From assembly GCA_003990765.1 (NCBI GenBank), contig RBNJ01000224.1, positions 1-36,314 on the forward strand: a DNA stretch of 36,314 nt. The letters are read 5' to 3'. Of this stretch, positions 32,573 through 36,314 are shown piece by piece (position 1 is the first letter of the stretch; the number at the start of each line of letters is the position of its first letter). Source of the stretch: Jimgerdemannia flammicorona. Its lineage: Eukaryota. The notes below the pieces were generated by a model that saw only the letters and a list, made by a program, of their open reading frames with translations, ran no database searches and was not told the origin of the DNA. The translations under genes and the position numbers were made by a program.

Positions 32573-34473
32573 CATTCGGACCTTTCACTCGGACCAAACA
32601 GTTGGCTCTGCATCTAAGCCACCAGGATGGTGAGCTTCTTAAGTTTTGGAGGCCACAAATATAGGCTCCAAGGAGTGCCGACAGGTGTACCTCATCCCTT
32701 AGGTATAGGAGTCCCACCTGGTCTTTTCGGCATAGCCATAGCTTCTAGTTTCAGCAAGTTACAAGGATTTCAAGAATTTCGAGGCAAGATGGGCAAAATG
32801 ACACAGGCAAGATGGGCAAGATGGGCAACATGGATAACACGGGCAACACGGGCAAGACGGGCAAGACGGGCAAGATGGCAAGATGGGCGACATGGGCAAG
32901 ACGGGCAAAACTGGCAAAACGACACAGGCAAGACAGGCAAGACAGGCAAGACGGGCAAGACGGGCAAGACGGGCAAAACAGGCAAAACAGACAAGATGGG
33001 CAACACAGGCAAGACGACAAGACGGGCGACATGGGCAAGATGGGCGACATGGGTAAGATGGGCAAAATGGGCAAAATGATATGGGCAAGACCAGCAAAAC
33101 GGGCAAGATGGGCAATACGGGCAAGACAGCAAGACGGGCGACATGGGTAAGATGGGCAAAACAGGCAAAACGACAGGGCAAGACCGGCAAAGCAGGCAAG
33201 ATGGGCAACACGGGCAAGACAAGATGGGCGACATGGGCAAGATGGGCAAAACGGACAAAATGACAGGCAAGACAGGCAAGATGGGCAAGACGGGCAAGAC
33301 GGGCAAAATGGGTAAAACAACACGGGCAAGACTGGCAAAACAGGCAAGATAGGCAATACGGACAAGACGGCAAGACAGGCGACATGGGCAAGACGGGCAA
33401 AACAGGCAAAATGACAGGGCAAGACTGGCAAAGCGGGCAAGATGGGCAACATGGGCAAGACAAGATGGGCGACATGGGCAAGACGGGCAAAACGGGCAAA
33501 ACGACAGGCAAGACGGGCAAGACAAGCAAGACGGGCAAGACGGGCGAGACAGGCAAGATGGGCAAGACGGGCAAGATGGGTAACACGGGCAAGACGGGTA
33601 AGATGGGCAAGACGGCAAGATGGGCGATATGGGCAAAACAGGCAAAACGACACGGGCAAGACGGGCAAAACGGGCAAAATGGGCAAGACGGGCAAAATGG
33701 GCAAGATGGGCAAAATGGGCAAAACGAGCAAGATGGACATAACGGGCAAGATGGGCATAACAGGCAAAACAGGCAAGATGGGCAACATGGGCAAGATGGC
33801 AAGATGGGCGACATGGGCAAGATGGGCAAAATGGGCAAAATGATATGGGCAAGACCGGCAAAATGGGCAAGATGGGCAACACAGGCAAGACAAGACGGGC
33901 GATATGGGCAAGATGGGCAAAACGGGCAAAATGACAGGCAAGACAGGCAAGACGGGCAAGACGGGCAAGGCGGGTAACATGGGCATGACGGGTAAGACGG
34001 GCAAGACGGCAAGTCAGGTGACATGGGCAAGACAGGCAAAACGGGCAAAACGACACAGGCAAGATGCAGGTAACATGGGCAAGATAGGCAAGACGGGCAA
34101 GATGGCAAGACAGGCGATATGGGTAAGATGGGCAAAATGGAAAAAATGACATAGGCAACCGGGCAAGACAGGCAAGATGGGTAAGATGGGGAGGCACTAA
34201 TAGGGGTAGGCCAGGTGCACTAGATACCAAGTACTTGAGGTGGTTGGGGCTCACAACCCATACCCACTCTTGGGTGGGGCAGACTGGGTAGGAGGATCTA
34301 GTTACTCGGGCAGTGAGGTCGCAACTCACATCCTAAAGGTGCTTAGATTGTTATTGGTTTGGAAATTGTAGTGTGAGAGTAGGGTGGGGTGAGATGCAGA
34401 ATGTGGCTGCTGGTATGGCATGAGGATTTTAGATAGTTAATAAATGGGGCTCCGGCCTATAGAGGAAAAAAAA
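32573..34473 (+). mobile_element. Non-autonomous poly(A) retroposon containing a ~1.4-kb VNTR
   Basis: Perfect 17-bp TSD AGAAGATTAAAAACTAA (32556-32572 and 34474-34490), AATAAA at 34439-34444 and an A-tail from 34466. No RT or endonuclease coding capacity. Confidence 0.85.
32781..34190 (+). repeat. Minisatellite/VNTR, 9-bp unit GGGCAAGA(C/T) with variants and higher-order blocks
   Basis: Directly visible. It produces the repetitive GKT/GQD/ARR and LPV/CPS ORFs in all frames. Confidence 0.97.
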
Positions 34474-34907
34474 AGAAGATTAAAAACTAAACTGAATTTT
34501 GACTTTCAGATTAATAAATATATTTGCTATTATATTAGACATATTGAAAATACAGAGGAAAAAGAACTTTCACTTTTACTCAATAAAGAGATAAGTCAAT
34601 TAGCATTTTATAAAAGATAGATAAATGCTTTATGAGAAAAAAAACAGATCAATTAGCAGTAAAAGTAGATACTCATCTTGAAGTCTTGGGAGTTATTGAA
34701 AACTGGCCTAAAAAACAGAAGTAAGACTTATTAGATAGAATAAAGATATTAGAAGCTGAAGTAGCAAGATTAAAAAAGCTAACTTCTTAAGAATTAGTCA
34801 AGAAAATTAATAAGTTAAAAGTCCAATTAGAGTAATAAAATAGTCAATTTATAACTTAAATTGAGGTTAAAAAGTGATCTTGATCAAAAGTAAAGAAGTA
34901 AATATTT

Positions 34908-36314
34908 TTATTCATTGATAGTATAATTTGGTTTTAGATAAGTAATATCTTTTAATTTATCCTAAACAAAGGGGAAAATATTGTGATAAAGGTATTCCTG
35001 ATATTTCAATTCTATAGAAAGAGGTACTAGTACTAGAAATGACAAGATCTTGATTGTTTCTATAACTTTTAAAGCCTCAGATTTATTAATTTTTAATAGT
35101 TTGAATTTTTGGAATAGACTATTGGCAATTTCTTATACTTTGACAGTATCTGAATTTACTTTGATAAAAAGAAAATGTTGAAACTTTTATATATCAGACA
35201 GCTTCTTGAAGTATATTTCAAAACTACTCACAATGTTAAAATATTGAAAACTATCTCTGCTATTATAATACTATACTTTATTTAATTCAGTAATACTAGA
35301 CATTTTTACTATATTGACAATATGATCTATATATTCTACTATGATTTTACAATAAAGCCTTTTAATTAGGCCAAAACTGCTACATATCATATTTAAATTT
35401 GATATAACTTGGAACCATAAAGTTCAATTTAATACTTTCATAATATCTATAAATTGCCAAATATAAATAAAACCAAAGAGTAGCATTATTCTTGTTTTAT
35501 ATATCTATCTATATTATTACAAGTGATTTTTAAGTACTCTTTATCTCAGTTCAATTGCTTAATTCTATTAAAGACTAGGCTAAGTATATTAATCAGATCC
35601 TTTTTGAGAAGTTCATTCTTATCAAAAATATAATTAATTTGCTCATAGACTACTTTATCTTAGATTCTAAACAAATGTACTTTATGAGTACTAAGATAAT
35701 ATACTTTACTGATCTGTTGATCAGAATGAGGCATATAGACATTTTGAGTTCAGTTATAACTATAATAGGTAATAGTATCAATACTATAATATGATATTTT
35801 ACCTTTTATTATATTGATAGAATAATTCTGATTGATCAGCTTTCTGTATCCTTCTACTAGCTTTGTATTTTTATTATAATAGTTTTGCTCTAATTTGGCT
35901 TTGATAAGATGCTCTTTATATCTCTTTAATGAATCCTGGATCTCTTCTTCTTTGTAAGCTTTGAATTGTAAGTTATTCTATAAATATTGACAAGTATTAT
36001 ATAAATCAGTTTGGGGGCTCATAATTTGGATATATAGAGTCAACTAATATCACAATTTGTGAAATATATCATATTTGAGCATATACAAAGTACTATCTTC
36101 TTCTAGGCTAGCTAAGAAGTTATGGTGAATAGACTTATAGCTCATTTCTGTAGGTAAAAAGATAATTAATTAGGTGACTTGATTAATATTTCTCACTAAG
36201 CTAGGTGAACCATAAACTTTGACATAATTTATAATAAAATTCTTGACTATAGTAGCCATATTTTTGTCAATAACTATTTAGTTTTTCACTGAGACATTCT
36301 TTTTACATTACTTT
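34908..36314 (-). pseudogene. DDE transposase, Sola1-like, copy B (partial)
   Basis: Homologous to 10576-11965. KITCNNI...KNKNNA and LNFMVPSYIKFKYD..SFGLIK. Stop at 34908-34910. Confidence 0.75.

Larger units (their letters stand above)
32340..34877 (+). pseudogene. Cargo gene 2, copy B, interrupted by the VNTR retroposon
   Basis: GTG at 32340, two bases after the gene 1 stop. SACQIRT..CICENCKE..KCER. It resumes after 34490 and ends LEAEVARLKKLT...FIT*IEVKK-stop (34875-34877). Confidence 0.68.
31200..36314. mobile_element. DNA transposon copy B (cargo genes plus Sola1-like transposase), running off the window end
   Basis: Colinear homology with 8984-11965. Left boundary not determined. Confidence 0.75.

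Noticed and set aside
32781..34190. CRISPR array or telomeric repeat
   Set aside because: There are no unique spacers, the units are degenerate and internal, and the array sits inside a TSD-flanked insertion.
32751..34329. Long ORFs of 417-519 aa (LPVLP.., CPSCP..) on the minus strand
   Set aside because: They are by-products of a 9-bp repeat that lacks stop codons on that strand. The peptide switches pattern at every indel, so they are not credible genes.

Overview
This is eukaryotic, transposon-dense DNA. It most likely comes from an arbuscular mycorrhizal (Glomeromycotina-like) fungus; that is inferred from protein-family motifs, short introns and extreme CpG depletion in the repeats. Almost the whole window is nested, C-to-T-eroded mobile elements. 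(1) A full-length Tx1/L1-type LINE (minus, ~1-5855) is inserted into an older related LINE (~5860-8980). (2) Two copies of a DNA transposon carry a Sola1-like DDE transposase and, tail-to-tail with it, two AT-rich, tightly coupled cargo genes resembling Mollicutes-related endobacterium (MRE) proteins: copy A ~8984-27500, copy B ~31200->36314. (3) A Ty3/Gypsy element (minus, 12405-27097, TSD ATAC) sits inside the copy A transposase. It has 1.6-kb LTRs, a dUTPase between protease and RT, and an extra ORF running through U3. (4) A third LINE (plus, 20172-26035, poly(A), 15-bp TSD) is inside the Gypsy 5' LTR. (5) A CpG-rich island holds one 5-exon gene with nuclease-like motifs (minus, 27919-29113). 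(6) A hAT-type MITE is nested in a small hairpin element. (7) A 1.9-kb poly(A)/TSD-flanked non-autonomous retroposon built around a 9-bp VNTR lies at 32573-34473. No rRNA, tRNA or CRISPR array was seen. All calls are by manual reading and translation; no database searches were run.
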